A stretch of DNA of 64,000 nt from a virus. The stretch lies in IMG/VR virus record IMGVR_UViG_3300025127_000009, positions 32,001-96,000 of that record. One strand, written 5' to 3'. The first letter of the stretch is position 1; every line of letters begins with the position of its first letter. Below are positions 47,847 through 56,738 of this stretch, piece by piece. The notes beneath the pieces were generated by a model that was not told where the DNA came from, searched no databases, and saw only the letters and a list, made by a program, of their open reading frames with translations. A program made the position numbers and the translations under genes.

Positions 47847-48586
47847 AACGAAGATACCCTACCATACGGAGTTTTATTTGTTACAATCGACTCAATTCTT
47901 AATTGTTGAGCCCTGTGTGCTCTATCAACTGATATCGGATTCAATCTGTTGTAAATATACAAAACTTTGTTGATCAACGTGATTCGATCTGGGCCTGCCA
48001 TCTCCACCATCGGATACATCATAACCCTATCAAAAGTAAATTTATAAAACTCGTCATCTTCATCTATCATGTCTTTAACATTAATTTTTTCAAACAACTC
48101 TTTTTTGAATGTTCTAAGATGAGAAAAAGACCAATGTTTTTTTCTTATATTGGTGTTCCAATATTCTTCTGTTACATACTCTGGTGTTACCACTTGATAA
48201 TTATCATTTTGCATATATGACCCAACAGTTAACCAGCAATCGGTGCTGTTATACACAGAATTTAGATACGACAAAACATTGTTGTCTGCCAAATAATCAT
48301 CACCATCCAATGTTAAAATTATAGTACCATCTTTTGCTGTTGTTATGTGATCATATAAATTTTTAAGCGCTCTAACGTTTTTTTTATTTGATACTAATTT
48401 AAATTTTTTGTTTGAATTAGAAAGTATTTCTTCTACCTTCATTTGTGTATTATCTGTTGATGCATCGTTAATGTAAACAACATCAAAATTATCGTATTCT
48501 TGTTCTAATGCAGAATTAAGATTTTTTTCTACCCATTCTTCGCAGTTGTACGCTGGTATCACTATTGTAAAATGATTCGACTTCAT
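47843..48586 (-). CDS. Glycosyltransferase family 2 (probable start at 48586)
   Basis: FTIVIPAYNCEEW, VYINDASTD, LTLDGDD. Confidence 0.9.
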   Translation of the reverse strand: MKSNHFTIVIPAYNCEEWVEKNLNSALEQEYDNFDVVYINDASTDNTQMKVEEILSNSNKKFKLVSNKKNVRALKNLYDHITTAKDGTIILTLDGDDYLADNNVLSYLNSVYNSTDCWLTVGSYMQNDNYQVVTPEYVTEEYWNTNIRKKHWSFSHLRTFKKELFEKINVKDMIDEDDEFYKFTFDRVMMYPMVEMAGPDRITLINKVLYIYNRLNPISVDRAHRAQQLRIESIVTNKTPYGRVSSL

Positions 48587-48588
48587 TT

Positions 48589-50685
48589 TTAAAATGCTTT
48601 TTGCCAAAAATACTTTGGTCTAGACTTTAAATATTCTACCGTTCCAGCGTAATCTTGATTAAACCACTCCTCGTCTTTGTGTTGCACTAAGTCGTTAATA
48701 TCTAATTCACAACCAAGCAACTTAGCCTCAATAACCATTCTTGGGCAAGTATCTAGACCAGATGGCTTAAAGCAAAGACCCTTCGACTCTGCTAGTTTTT
48801 GCAAAAATTCTTTGTAGTTCATATTCCACAAAACCTCGTAGTCATACTTATTTTCTCTACAGTGAGCCTCTGTTTCGTTTAGTCCCTTCACCCAACTTCG
48901 AGATCCAAGTACAACCCATTTGTCGTTCTTGTTCTTAGAAGAGTCTTGCAAATGATCAACAAAAGCAAAAAAACTTTCATCAAACAATGATGATAAAACG
49001 AACATGTTTTTGTTTTTTAATCCCGGTAATAGTGAGTTGTGTAAATTCATTTGTTCTTTTGACATAAAGAAGACAGATTTAGCGTTGTTGCAAAAACTTG
49101 TAAGCGCTTGGCCTCTATCTGTATTTTTGTAGTCGCATGTAGTTCTTTCCACCATTTCATATAGTTTTGGGTTTCTGTGTTTACAGAATTTGTAATCAAA
49201 CTCTACAAAACTATAGGATATGTTTGATTCTATTATATCCTTAATTATCTCATCGGTTAGCCCAGCAATATTGCCAAATACCCATTTAGCATCTGTGTTA
49301 TTGTTGATGAAATCTTTTGTAAGTTCTTTGCTATGCACTTTTACTTTTTTATTAGACTCGCAATTGCTAATTAGCGTTTGAAGGCTCATTTCCGCGCCAC
49401 CAACGTAGTCCTCTACAAACAAATCACTTACAAATATATATTCAGGTTTAACTAACCACTTCTCGGGAATTAGAGTATTAAGCATTTTCTCTAGTATAAT
49501 ATCTAAATTAACAGTTGACTTTAGGTGACTTGCTAACTTTTTTGCCCAAGAAAGATAAACACCATAATCTTTATAAACATTTCTTATCTTGTTTTTAAAA
49601 TCAAATTCTGACGGATAGCACCACATGGCATCTTGTTGTAAAACTCCGTCCCACACAGCCTCTTTTTGTATATGCCTTAAAGTGTAATCCACCTTTGAAA
49701 ACAAGGCTTTATTCTTCATCTTTTTAGTTCTTTTATTTCGGACTGGAGCGTATAGAAAATCCATATGTCCAGACCATCCAGGTGCTACAACTGGTAGTTC
49801 ATTGTATGCTGCTTCAAATAGTGGTAAACCAAAACCCTCTCCGTGGGTCGCACTAATGATGGCTTTTATTTTGGGGTGCTTATATAAAGAATTTATTTCT
49901 TCATCAGTCATATCTCCGTGCATAAAATACAACGAAGCCTTGCTGTCCTGTAAACCTTTAATTTCTATAAGTTGCTTGATTCTATTTAAACAATGCTCCC
50001 TATCTGCAATGCAGTTTTTTGCCATATTTGTTTTTAAAACTAATCCAACTTCTTCATCTTTAAATTCAGTCAAGAACCATTCTATTGTATTTTCTAAATT
50101 TTTTCTTATGCCCCACTGTGCTACGCAAAGAAAATTAAAATCTGTTTCTAATTCTAAATCTAAATCTGGACTATTTGGATACTCTCTGATAGGATAACTA
50201 ACGACTTCTACTGGCGCTCCGCAACCAACTCTTAACTCTTGTCCTGTCTTTTCATTTTTTGCTTGATAGAAAGTATTTTCAAATCCCCATTTTGCAAAAG
50301 TACTAGGCACAACTATTTTGCTCATCTCATATGATTTTTCAATCCAACTAGGAGCAACCTTGGTAGCCTCAATCCCGGCTGTGACACAAACACTGTAGGG
50401 CGCTTTCTTTTCAAACTCCACTGGAATTCCTATATGGATATGCACATCGAAATTTCTGTTTTCTTCTTTTAAAAGTTGAAACTTTGTTACTAAACTGTGA
50501 ATCCAATCTATTTCTTCACTATTGATACTTTGAAGCCAGTTTGTATCTCCCCAAGAAAGCGGTGAAACATATAAATCAAAATTTTCAATTCTTTTTCTTA
50601 ACGCTTGAAGCACTAACCTAGTGTGAACCCCGTATCCCGATCTTGTAAGCGCTGGGCCTTCTACTAATACTTTTACTACGCTCAT
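48589..50685 (-). CDS. Two-domain glycosyltransferase (GT4-like plus a second GT-B-like domain)
   Basis: N-terminal half RSGYGVHTR...RKNLE...THGEGFGLPLFEAAYNELPVV; C-terminal half SDLFVEDYVGGAEMS...KGL...DTCPRMVIEAKLLGC. Confidence 0.85.
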   Translation of the reverse strand: MSVVKVLVEGPALTRSGYGVHTRLVLQALRKRIENFDLYVSPLSWGDTNWLQSINSEEIDWIHSLVTKFQLLKEENRNFDVHIHIGIPVEFEKKAPYSVCVTAGIEATKVAPSWIEKSYEMSKIVVPSTFAKWGFENTFYQAKNEKTGQELRVGCGAPVEVVSYPIREYPNSPDLDLELETDFNFLCVAQWGIRKNLENTIEWFLTEFKDEEVGLVLKTNMAKNCIADREHCLNRIKQLIEIKGLQDSKASLYFMHGDMTDEEINSLYKHPKIKAIISATHGEGFGLPLFEAAYNELPVVAPGWSGHMDFLYAPVRNKRTKKMKNKALFSKVDYTLRHIQKEAVWDGVLQQDAMWCYPSEFDFKNKIRNVYKDYGVYLSWAKKLASHLKSTVNLDIILEKMLNTLIPEKWLVKPEYIFVSDLFVEDYVGGAEMSLQTLISNCESNKKVKVHSKELTKDFINNNTDAKWVFGNIAGLTDEIIKDIIESNISYSFVEFDYKFCKHRNPKLYEMVERTTCDYKNTDRGQALTSFCNNAKSVFFMSKEQMNLHNSLLPGLKNKNMFVLSSLFDESFFAFVDHLQDSSKNKNDKWVVLGSRSWVKGLNETEAHCRENKYDYEVLWNMNYKEFLQKLAESKGLCFKPSGLDTCPRMVIEAKLLGCELDINDLVQHKDEEWFNQDYAGTVEYLKSRPKYFWQKAF

Positions 50686-51950
50686 AATACTTTATTTATA
50701 CTCCAATGTTTTAGATTTCTAGATTCCCAAGAGCCCTGTTCTTCATGAATTTTTGTCAGTAAATTGTCCCAAGAACTAATATAATTTTCCATACTATAAT
50801 TTTTCATTACGTGTTCTCGACCTTTTTTGCCAAGTTCTTCAAGTTCTTTTTCGCTTTTTGAAAACATTTCTACCATAGCGTTTGAAACTTCTTCACCATT
50901 TACTCTATCTTCATATATCCAAGGAACTTCTTGCGACCCTATGATTGCTTTAGAAGCAGGCTGCAAACCTATACCAAACCAATCTTTACCATTTGTTACC
51001 TGCTCTTGCAATCCGCCTGTCATGTTGACAATTATTGGTGTTTCAGTTGCAAGAGATTCCAACGTAGAGAGACCAAAACCTTCTGCATCAGATATGTTAA
51101 TTGTACAATCACAAGAATTATAAAGCACTGATAACTGTTCTATTGAAATTTTTTGGGTAGATAATTTAAATTGATCGTCATCTAGATTAAGTCGCTTTTT
51201 AATTGCGTATAAATCTTGACCATTTGGATCATTTGGCTCAGTATGCATAATAAGCGTTGCCTTATCTCTCCCCACCTTATCTAAGAAATCATTAAACCAA
51301 AATATTAACGAACCAGATTGTTTTCTTCTAGCGTTTCTGTTGTTCCAGAAAAATACAAACCTTTTGTTACCTTTTGAATCAATGCCTACTTGATTTTCTT
51401 TTTTAAAGTGTTCAATCGTTTTTGTGTCTTTTATTTTCTCAAAAACAGAATCGTTTACTGCGTGAGGTATATGATACAAATCAACCTCTGGCGCTACATT
51501 TGCTACAATATCATTCGTTACCTTACTAATTGTAACAATGGCGTCGTTGGATAAATACCACTTTCTATTGAAAGTAGGGTAAGGTAGGTTGTCCCACACA
51601 TGATAATAAACCAAAGGAGCCACAGATCGTACTTCATTTTCTATCTCCCACAACCATGTCCAAAATCTTGGATCTGTCATAATCCAAACAATATCTGGCT
51701 TTTGCGCATGTAAAAGAGCCCTCACTTGTTCTTTTGAGCCGTAACCATCTACAGGGAATATAACCCAATCATCTCCGTATTCTTCTGTTTTTATGGGTTG
51801 ATAATCGTGATGTTTTATGGCACCACCAAAACAAACAAACTGAAATCTGCCAGTTTTTAGAAGGCCTTCTATCATATATCTTGTTTGGGTGCCGACACCA
51901 GATGGCGCGAGGGGACTATCTGCCAAGCAGAAAACTTTTATTTTTTTCAT
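50682..51950 (-). CDS. Glycosyltransferase family 4
   Basis: DSPLAPSGVGTQ, IPHAVN, NRNARRKQ, DAEGFGLSTLESLATETPII. Confidence 0.92.
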   Translation of the reverse strand: MKKIKVFCLADSPLAPSGVGTQTRYMIEGLLKTGRFQFVCFGGAIKHHDYQPIKTEEYGDDWVIFPVDGYGSKEQVRALLHAQKPDIVWIMTDPRFWTWLWEIENEVRSVAPLVYYHVWDNLPYPTFNRKWYLSNDAIVTISKVTNDIVANVAPEVDLYHIPHAVNDSVFEKIKDTKTIEHFKKENQVGIDSKGNKRFVFFWNNRNARRKQSGSLIFWFNDFLDKVGRDKATLIMHTEPNDPNGQDLYAIKKRLNLDDDQFKLSTQKISIEQLSVLYNSCDCTINISDAEGFGLSTLESLATETPIIVNMTGGLQEQVTNGKDWFGIGLQPASKAIIGSQEVPWIYEDRVNGEEVSNAMVEMFSKSEKELEELGKKGREHVMKNYSMENYISSWDNLLTKIHEEQGSWESRNLKHWSINKVL

Positions 51951-51953
51951 ATA

Positions 51954-52778
51954 TTACCTACAATGTTCAGTTTGATAAAATTCACAATATTTACAGGCTG
52001 TACGATTCTTAATAACGTTTCCTGCTTTAATGTTGTGTATCGCTTTTTTTAAATGCGCTAAAGCGTTACTTGTTTTTCTTTCTCCACTAGAAACTCTAAA
52101 TATCTCTGCTTTATCTTTTTTTGCAGTTCTTTTCAATAAAGCAAAATGTGTTTCAATGTTGTTCACATCAATATTATACTTCAAAGCGTAAAAGTTTTTA
52201 TACAAAGTTAACTGATATGAGATTATTTTATCTGTTTTCTTTTTCATGTCCCACCCCCAAGAACAAGTTTTCCAATCAATTATGTGATATTTGCCGTCTT
52301 CAGTTTTTAAGACGAGATCAATAAAACCCTTAAATTTATAATCTGTATCATGATCTTGTGTGCGAATATTTTCGAACAACATCTCTTCGACAGCAATCAC
52401 TTGATATTGATGAAAATGACTAGTTAATGATGGCAATATGTATTGTATGATATCGTCACCCTGTTTTCTCATATCTATTACAAGTTTTTTATTTAACTGA
52501 TGGGTTTTTGAAATTTCGGTTAACTCTTCCAAAAACTTTTTTTGAAATATGAGTTTTGCTTGTTCTATTTTTGAATTATCAACTACTAATTCTTCGCAAA
52601 CAAAATGTAAAGCCGTACCAAAAGCGGTGTATTCATTTCCCTGAAACTTTTTTATTTTGTCCAGATACACTAGTTTGTGCTTGTGGCTGCACTCCGTCCA
52701 CATCTTCATTTCTGAGTAACTTATCTTTTTGATTGGCGTTTGACCGACGTCTTGGAGTACTTTTAACTGATTTGACAT
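51954..52778 (-). CDS. PD-(D/E)XK nuclease, Cas4/RecB-like, with a probable 4Fe-4S cluster
   Basis: ISYSE...C, FGTALH, KGFIDLV, IIDWKT, Q..LY, C-terminal CKYCEFYQTEHC. Confidence 0.88.
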   Translation of the reverse strand: MSNQLKVLQDVGQTPIKKISYSEMKMWTECSHKHKLVYLDKIKKFQGNEYTAFGTALHFVCEELVVDNSKIEQAKLIFQKKFLEELTEISKTHQLNKKLVIDMRKQGDDIIQYILPSLTSHFHQYQVIAVEEMLFENIRTQDHDTDYKFKGFIDLVLKTEDGKYHIIDWKTCSWGWDMKKKTDKIISYQLTLYKNFYALKYNIDVNNIETHFALLKRTAKKDKAEIFRVSSGERKTSNALAHLKKAIHNIKAGNVIKNRTACKYCEFYQTEHCR

Positions 52779-53016
52779 TTTTTTCTTCTTTCTTTTTTGA
52801 GAAAACCCAAGTACCTTTTAGTGTAGGGTTGTTACCTGTAGTGCTGCAAAATGCATGATTTTTAATTTCAATACTGCTGATATTGTACCCTTCTTTTTTT
52901 AAAAAGTCAAGTACTTGATCGGTATCAATCGAAGCATATGGGTCTTTTGCAAACTTTCTTTCTTTTAAGGATGCGTGAACCTTAATTTCATCATTGCTAG
53001 TTTCTAACTTAAACAT
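52633..53016 (-). CDS. Hypothetical protein (3' end overlaps the nuclease gene)
   Basis: 127-aa ORF fills the gap between neighbours; its last 146 nt overlap the PD-(D/E)XK ORF. Confidence 0.55.
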   Translation of the reverse strand: MFKLETSNDEIKVHASLKERKFAKDPYASIDTDQVLDFLKKEGYNISSIEIKNHAFCSTTGNNPTLKGTWVFSKKKEEKNVKSVKSTPRRRSNANQKDKLLRNEDVDGVQPQAQTSVSGQNKKVSGK

Positions 53017-53653
53017 TTTCTAACTCCTCTAATTTTTTATATAAAACTGGACTGACTTTCTTTAAATAGATGTCTTTATGATAAAAATATGCTTCAAATC
53101 CATTAGCAAAGTATTCTCTTAGGGATGTTGCACCGTAAGGAGAGAAATATATACCTTGAGATATAGATGTCATCTCCGGATAACCTACATCATTGTAAAA
53201 AAAATCATCTAACCTTTTATCATATTCTACTTTTGACATCTCCAGAGAAGAATAACGATATCCATTTTTTTCGAGTTCCCCGTGAAGTTGCATTCTTTTT
53301 TTGACGAACTCTCTTTCTAGTTGTAAATCTGAATAAATTTCATTCCAGAAACCATCTTCTACTGCATGGCCAATTTCATGAATTATATCATCAATAACAG
53401 AAGAATTGTCTATTTGTGTACTTGAAACATAAATCGCACCATCCTTAAATGCTGCATTGAAGTGCATTTTTGTCAAGAAATCAAAATTTCCAAATATCAC
53501 ATAATCAACTAGTCTCCTAAAAGATCTTGGCAGTCTATCAAGAACTTTCGATAATTGTTTGCGATCTAAAGCAAAATTTAAATCGTCTTTAACAATCATG
53601 TTGATTCCGGAAACAGCAAAAAAGTTTTTTTTATTCTTGATGTGATTTTTCAT
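53009..53653 (-). CDS. Zincin metallopeptidase-like protein (lethal-factor/ATLF-like); probable start at 53653
   Basis: IIHEIGHAVE (HExxH) plus downstream SLREYFANGFEAY (third ligand E). Confidence 0.7.
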   Translation of the reverse strand: MKNHIKNKKNFFAVSGINMIVKDDLNFALDRKQLSKVLDRLPRSFRRLVDYVIFGNFDFLTKMHFNAAFKDGAIYVSSTQIDNSSVIDDIIHEIGHAVEDGFWNEIYSDLQLEREFVKKRMQLHGELEKNGYRYSSLEMSKVEYDKRLDDFFYNDVGYPEMTSISQGIYFSPYGATSLREYFANGFEAYFYHKDIYLKKVSPVLYKKLEELENV

Positions 53654-53906
53654 TTGCAATCTTTTCGCCAGCCTCAACATCTACTAAGGCTTGATGGTAT
53701 CCTCTTACCCAATTCTCTTCAGACACACAAAGAATTAATTCTGGAAACTCCTGAGATAAAACTTCTACAATCATTTCAAGATTAACTTCTTCGTTTTCTG
53801 GGTTTTTGACACCTCCTACATATTGCACGATATGGTCTTTCAATTCGCTTTCGTTGTTCATTTTAATCACATCTTTTAATGTGCTTTTTTCATCAAGTAT
53901 GTCCAT
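53631..53906 (-). CDS. Hypothetical acidic protein
   Basis: 91-aa ORF with GGAG upstream; directly downstream of PhoH. Confidence 0.6.
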   Translation of the reverse strand: MDILDEKSTLKDVIKMNNESELKDHIVQYVGGVKNPENEEVNLEMIVEVLSQEFPELILCVSEENWVRGYHQALVDVEAGEKIANEKSHQE

Positions 53907-53915
53907 TTTTTCTCC

Positions 53916-55238
53916 TTAAAGTATCTTTGATGCTATTGTTGCAACTTTAGATCTCTCACCTTTTACTAAAGTTATGTGACCTGCGACCTGTTGATTTTTA
54001 AATTTTTCTATGACATAGGTTAAGCCATTGCTTGTTTGATCCAGGTATACATTATCAATCTGTTCAATATCACCGGTCAAAACTATTTTTGTGCCTTCAC
54101 CCACCCTAGTAAGCACTGTTTTTATTTCGTGTTTTGTCATATTCTGTGCTTCGTCAATAATGATGTAGGAATTTGCTATAGATCGTCCCCGAATAAAAGT
54201 CATGGCCTCGACCTCTATTTTACCTTCTTCCTGATACATGTCCAAAGTAACTTTATCATTACCCATCAGATTTTGCAAATTGTCTTGGATCGGAGCCAAC
54301 CAAGGCATCATTTTATCTTCCATTGTTCCCGGCAAAAATCCTATATCCTTCCCTACTGGTTCAACGGGTTTTGTTACGATAACTCGCCTATAATTTAAAT
54401 CATTAGCAGTCTCTCCAAAACACTGTTGAAGGCCTGCAGCGAGTGCCAATAGTGTCTTTCCAGAGCCTGCTTTGCCGATTATGCTGACTAAATGAATGTC
54501 TGGATCAGTAAGCAAATCTAATGCAAAATTTTGTTCTTTATTTTTTGGACGCACACCCCATATTCCAGTTTTAAAACTATCTACTTTTTTGACGGGGACT
54601 TCATAATTTTTGAATTTGACTAGCGCTGTCTTTTTTTCATTTGAATTACTAATCAGCATCACAAACTGATTAGGTACCAGAGAGACATCGTTTTCTTCCA
54701 AATACACATCTTCTGACTTATAGATAGAATCTATTATTTGTTCATCGACTAGGTGGTTTTCTAGTCCAGTATATAGTGTTTCTATATCTTCTACCACCTG
54801 ATCATCGTTGTAATCTTGACAAGGAACTCCAAGAGAATCGCACTTAACACGCATGTTAATATCTCTAGAAACCAGCACAACCTCAACTTTGTTTTTGTTT
54901 TCTTTTTTAAGACTTAAAACTGTTGCTATAATTTGATTATCCGGGTTGTCTAAATCCAAATCATCTGGCAAACAAAAAGGATCATATTTTTTGACATACA
55001 GATTTGATTTGCCATCATTGATTGTAACTCCATCAAATAAATTACCATCTTGCCTCATTTCGTCCAATTTTCTAATTATATTTCTTGCGTGTACACCAAC
55101 AGAATCCTGTCTTTTTTTATGTTTATCGATTTCGTCTAACACTTTTAGTGGTATTGCAATATCGGCTCCCACAAATTTGTGAAGACAATTAGCGTCTGTT
55201 AAGAAGACATTGGTGTCTAAAACGTATATATTCTTCAA
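53916..55238 (-). CDS. phoH: PhoH-family ATPase with N-terminal PIN domain (PhoH2/YlaK-like), TTG start
   Basis: YVLDTNVFL...DEID...NPDNQII (PIN); GKAGSGKT, KPVEPVGKDIGFLPG, FIRGRSI, IIDEAQN, TRVGEGTKIVLTGDIEQID (PhoH). Confidence 0.93.
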   Translation of the reverse strand: MKNIYVLDTNVFLTDANCLHKFVGADIAIPLKVLDEIDKHKKRQDSVGVHARNIIRKLDEMRQDGNLFDGVTINDGKSNLYVKKYDPFCLPDDLDLDNPDNQIIATVLSLKKENKNKVEVVLVSRDINMRVKCDSLGVPCQDYNDDQVVEDIETLYTGLENHLVDEQIIDSIYKSEDVYLEENDVSLVPNQFVMLISNSNEKKTALVKFKNYEVPVKKVDSFKTGIWGVRPKNKEQNFALDLLTDPDIHLVSIIGKAGSGKTLLALAAGLQQCFGETANDLNYRRVIVTKPVEPVGKDIGFLPGTMEDKMMPWLAPIQDNLQNLMGNDKVTLDMYQEEGKIEVEAMTFIRGRSIANSYIIIDEAQNMTKHEIKTVLTRVGEGTKIVLTGDIEQIDNVYLDQTSNGLTYVIEKFKNQQVAGHITLVKGERSKVATIASKIL

Positions 55239-55260
55239 TCAATTCACCTTTTCTATATTA

Positions 55261-55268
55261 TAATTAGT
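55261..55268 (-). promoter_or_regulatory. Candidate promoter motif ACTAATTA (overlapping a TATAAT)
   Basis: 22 nt upstream of the PhoH TTG start, in the only divergent intergenic region. Confidence 0.4.
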
Positions 55269-55330
55269 TTATTTGCAGGGTTTTAAAAAAAATATTATTT
55301 TTATAACATAGTTATTTTAGAAGACAAATT

Positions 55331-56071
55331 ATGCACACGAAAATAACAATATTGTGTTTATTTATCGTAGGCTTAATTGCCGGGTGTGCATCTTTACAAG
55401 AAAGAAGAGCCTTCAAAATAAAATCATATGTAAAAGTTTTCTCTACAGTGGTCGGTACTAAATGTATAACTGATGTAAAAAATAAGAACCAATCTATTTG
55501 TATTGAAACTGAATTTACCTCTTCCGGTTCTGGCTCTATAGTTCATCAAACAAAAGACGAAACATCGATTTTAACCGCCGCTCACGTTTGTTTATATGAT
55601 TTGCCAGATGAAATAGAGAAAGAATTTGACAAAATAGAAAGAAAATATAAAATTCAAACTAGTGATAAAAAAATTAGAGAAGTCTTTCTTAGAAAGATCT
55701 CTCCTGGCTTTAAAAACAACAAAGGCATAGATCTTTGCTTGTTAAACTCTCCAAAATTAGATCTACCAAAACTTCACCTATCTAGCCAAGGACCTAAACT
55801 TGGAGAAAGAATTTACAATATGGCTTCGCCTCACGGTTCTTACAACCCACCAGCACCCATAATGTTTAGTGGGCATTATAGTGGAGAAAATGAAAACGGA
55901 CCTGAGTGTATTGTTACTTTACCATCAGCACCAGGAAGTTCTGGTAGTCCACTTCTTAACAGTAGAGGTGAACTAGTTGGTTTAGTTTTCGCTGTTAACA
56001 TGGAATTATCTACTCTTACAATGTGTGTGAAATATACAACATTAAAAGAATTCTTAGACGCCAGTTTATAG
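55331..56071 (+). CDS. Trypsin-like serine protease with a lipoprotein-type signal peptide
   Basis: Catalytic triad ILTAAHVC / IDLCLL / PGSSGSPLL; N-terminal K-hydrophobic-LIAGC lipobox; the only supported plus-strand gene. Confidence 0.9.
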   Translation: MHTKITILCLFIVGLIAGCASLQERRAFKIKSYVKVFSTVVGTKCITDVKNKNQSICIETEFTSSGSGSIVHQTKDETSILTAAHVCLYDLPDEIEKEFDKIERKYKIQTSDKKIREVFLRKISPGFKNNKGIDLCLLNSPKLDLPKLHLSSQGPKLGERIYNMASPHGSYNPPAPIMFSGHYSGENENGPECIVTLPSAPGSSGSPLLNSRGELVGLVFAVNMELSTLTMCVKYTTLKEFLDASL

Positions 56072-56236
56072 CCCCATTTTAATCCACTTATCAACTTTCT
56101 GTTCTTTTATCTCTACAATCTTTCTCAGTCTCTTGGCATATTGAACTTTATTGTTGTTTTCTGCTAGTTCTATATCTTTCCACATTTTTTCAATTTCAAT
56201 TTTAAGTGCGTTAATTCTATTGTTATATTTTTTCAT
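56066..56236 (-). CDS. Small basic coiled-coil protein (56 aa, below the ORF-track cutoff)
   Basis: Manual translation MKKYNNRINALKIEIEKMWKDIELAENNNKVQYAKRLRKIVEIKEQKVDKWIKMGL*; fills the gap between ORFs. Confidence 0.6.
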   Translation of the reverse strand: MKKYNNRINALKIEIEKMWKDIELAENNNKVQYAKRLRKIVEIKEQKVDKWIKMGL

Positions 56237-56244
56237 TTTTTATC

Positions 56245-56544
56245 TCACAATTTTTCAAATATAATATGAAGTTTAAATAATAAATTTATTCCATGAGTAC
56301 CGGTACCGAGTTTTGGAAAAAAATGAACTGTCTTTACAAGTGGGATATCTTCAATTTTTTTAATAAAAGACAAACTTAGTCTATCTACCAACAATTGAAA
56401 TGTATATTCCCTTCCATAAACTTTTGCCAAATCTTTCCAGAGAATCTTTACTTCCTTTTCCCCCTTAAGGGCATTTTCTAGTAAAATTTTTATCTGATCG
56501 ATTGTTAATTCTTTCTTTTTAACTCTTCTTTTTCTAGTAGCCAT
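56245..56544 (-). CDS. Hypothetical protein (probable start MATRKRR at 56544)
   Basis: Sense-strand ORF tightly packed between neighbours. Confidence 0.55.
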   Translation of the reverse strand: MATRKRRVKKKELTIDQIKILLENALKGEKEVKILWKDLAKVYGREYTFQLLVDRLSLSFIKKIEDIPLVKTVHFFPKLGTGTHGINLLFKLHIIFEKL

Positions 56545-56737
56545 CCTTGTACCAACCTCCACCTTTTAAGACAAAACTGCTTTTACCTATTATATTATAT
56601 AGTGTTAGTTCACCATCTTGACCACTGTAACACACTGGGCAGGGGCCTGGATTTTTAAGCATCTTTTTTTGTTCATAGGTCATTAACATAGACATGGTGT
56701 GGCCACAATTGCTACACTCAAAATTATACATGGGCAT
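56534..56737 (-). CDS. FmdB-family zinc-ribbon protein
   Basis: MPMYNFECSNCGH...CPVC...SSFVLKGGGWYKDGY, including the typical FmdB C-terminal F.LKG.GWY.DGY. Confidence 0.9.
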   Translation of the reverse strand: MPMYNFECSNCGHTMSMLMTYEQKKMLKNPGPCPVCYSGQDGELTLYNIIGKSSFVLKGGGWYKDGY

Positions 56738-56738
56738 T

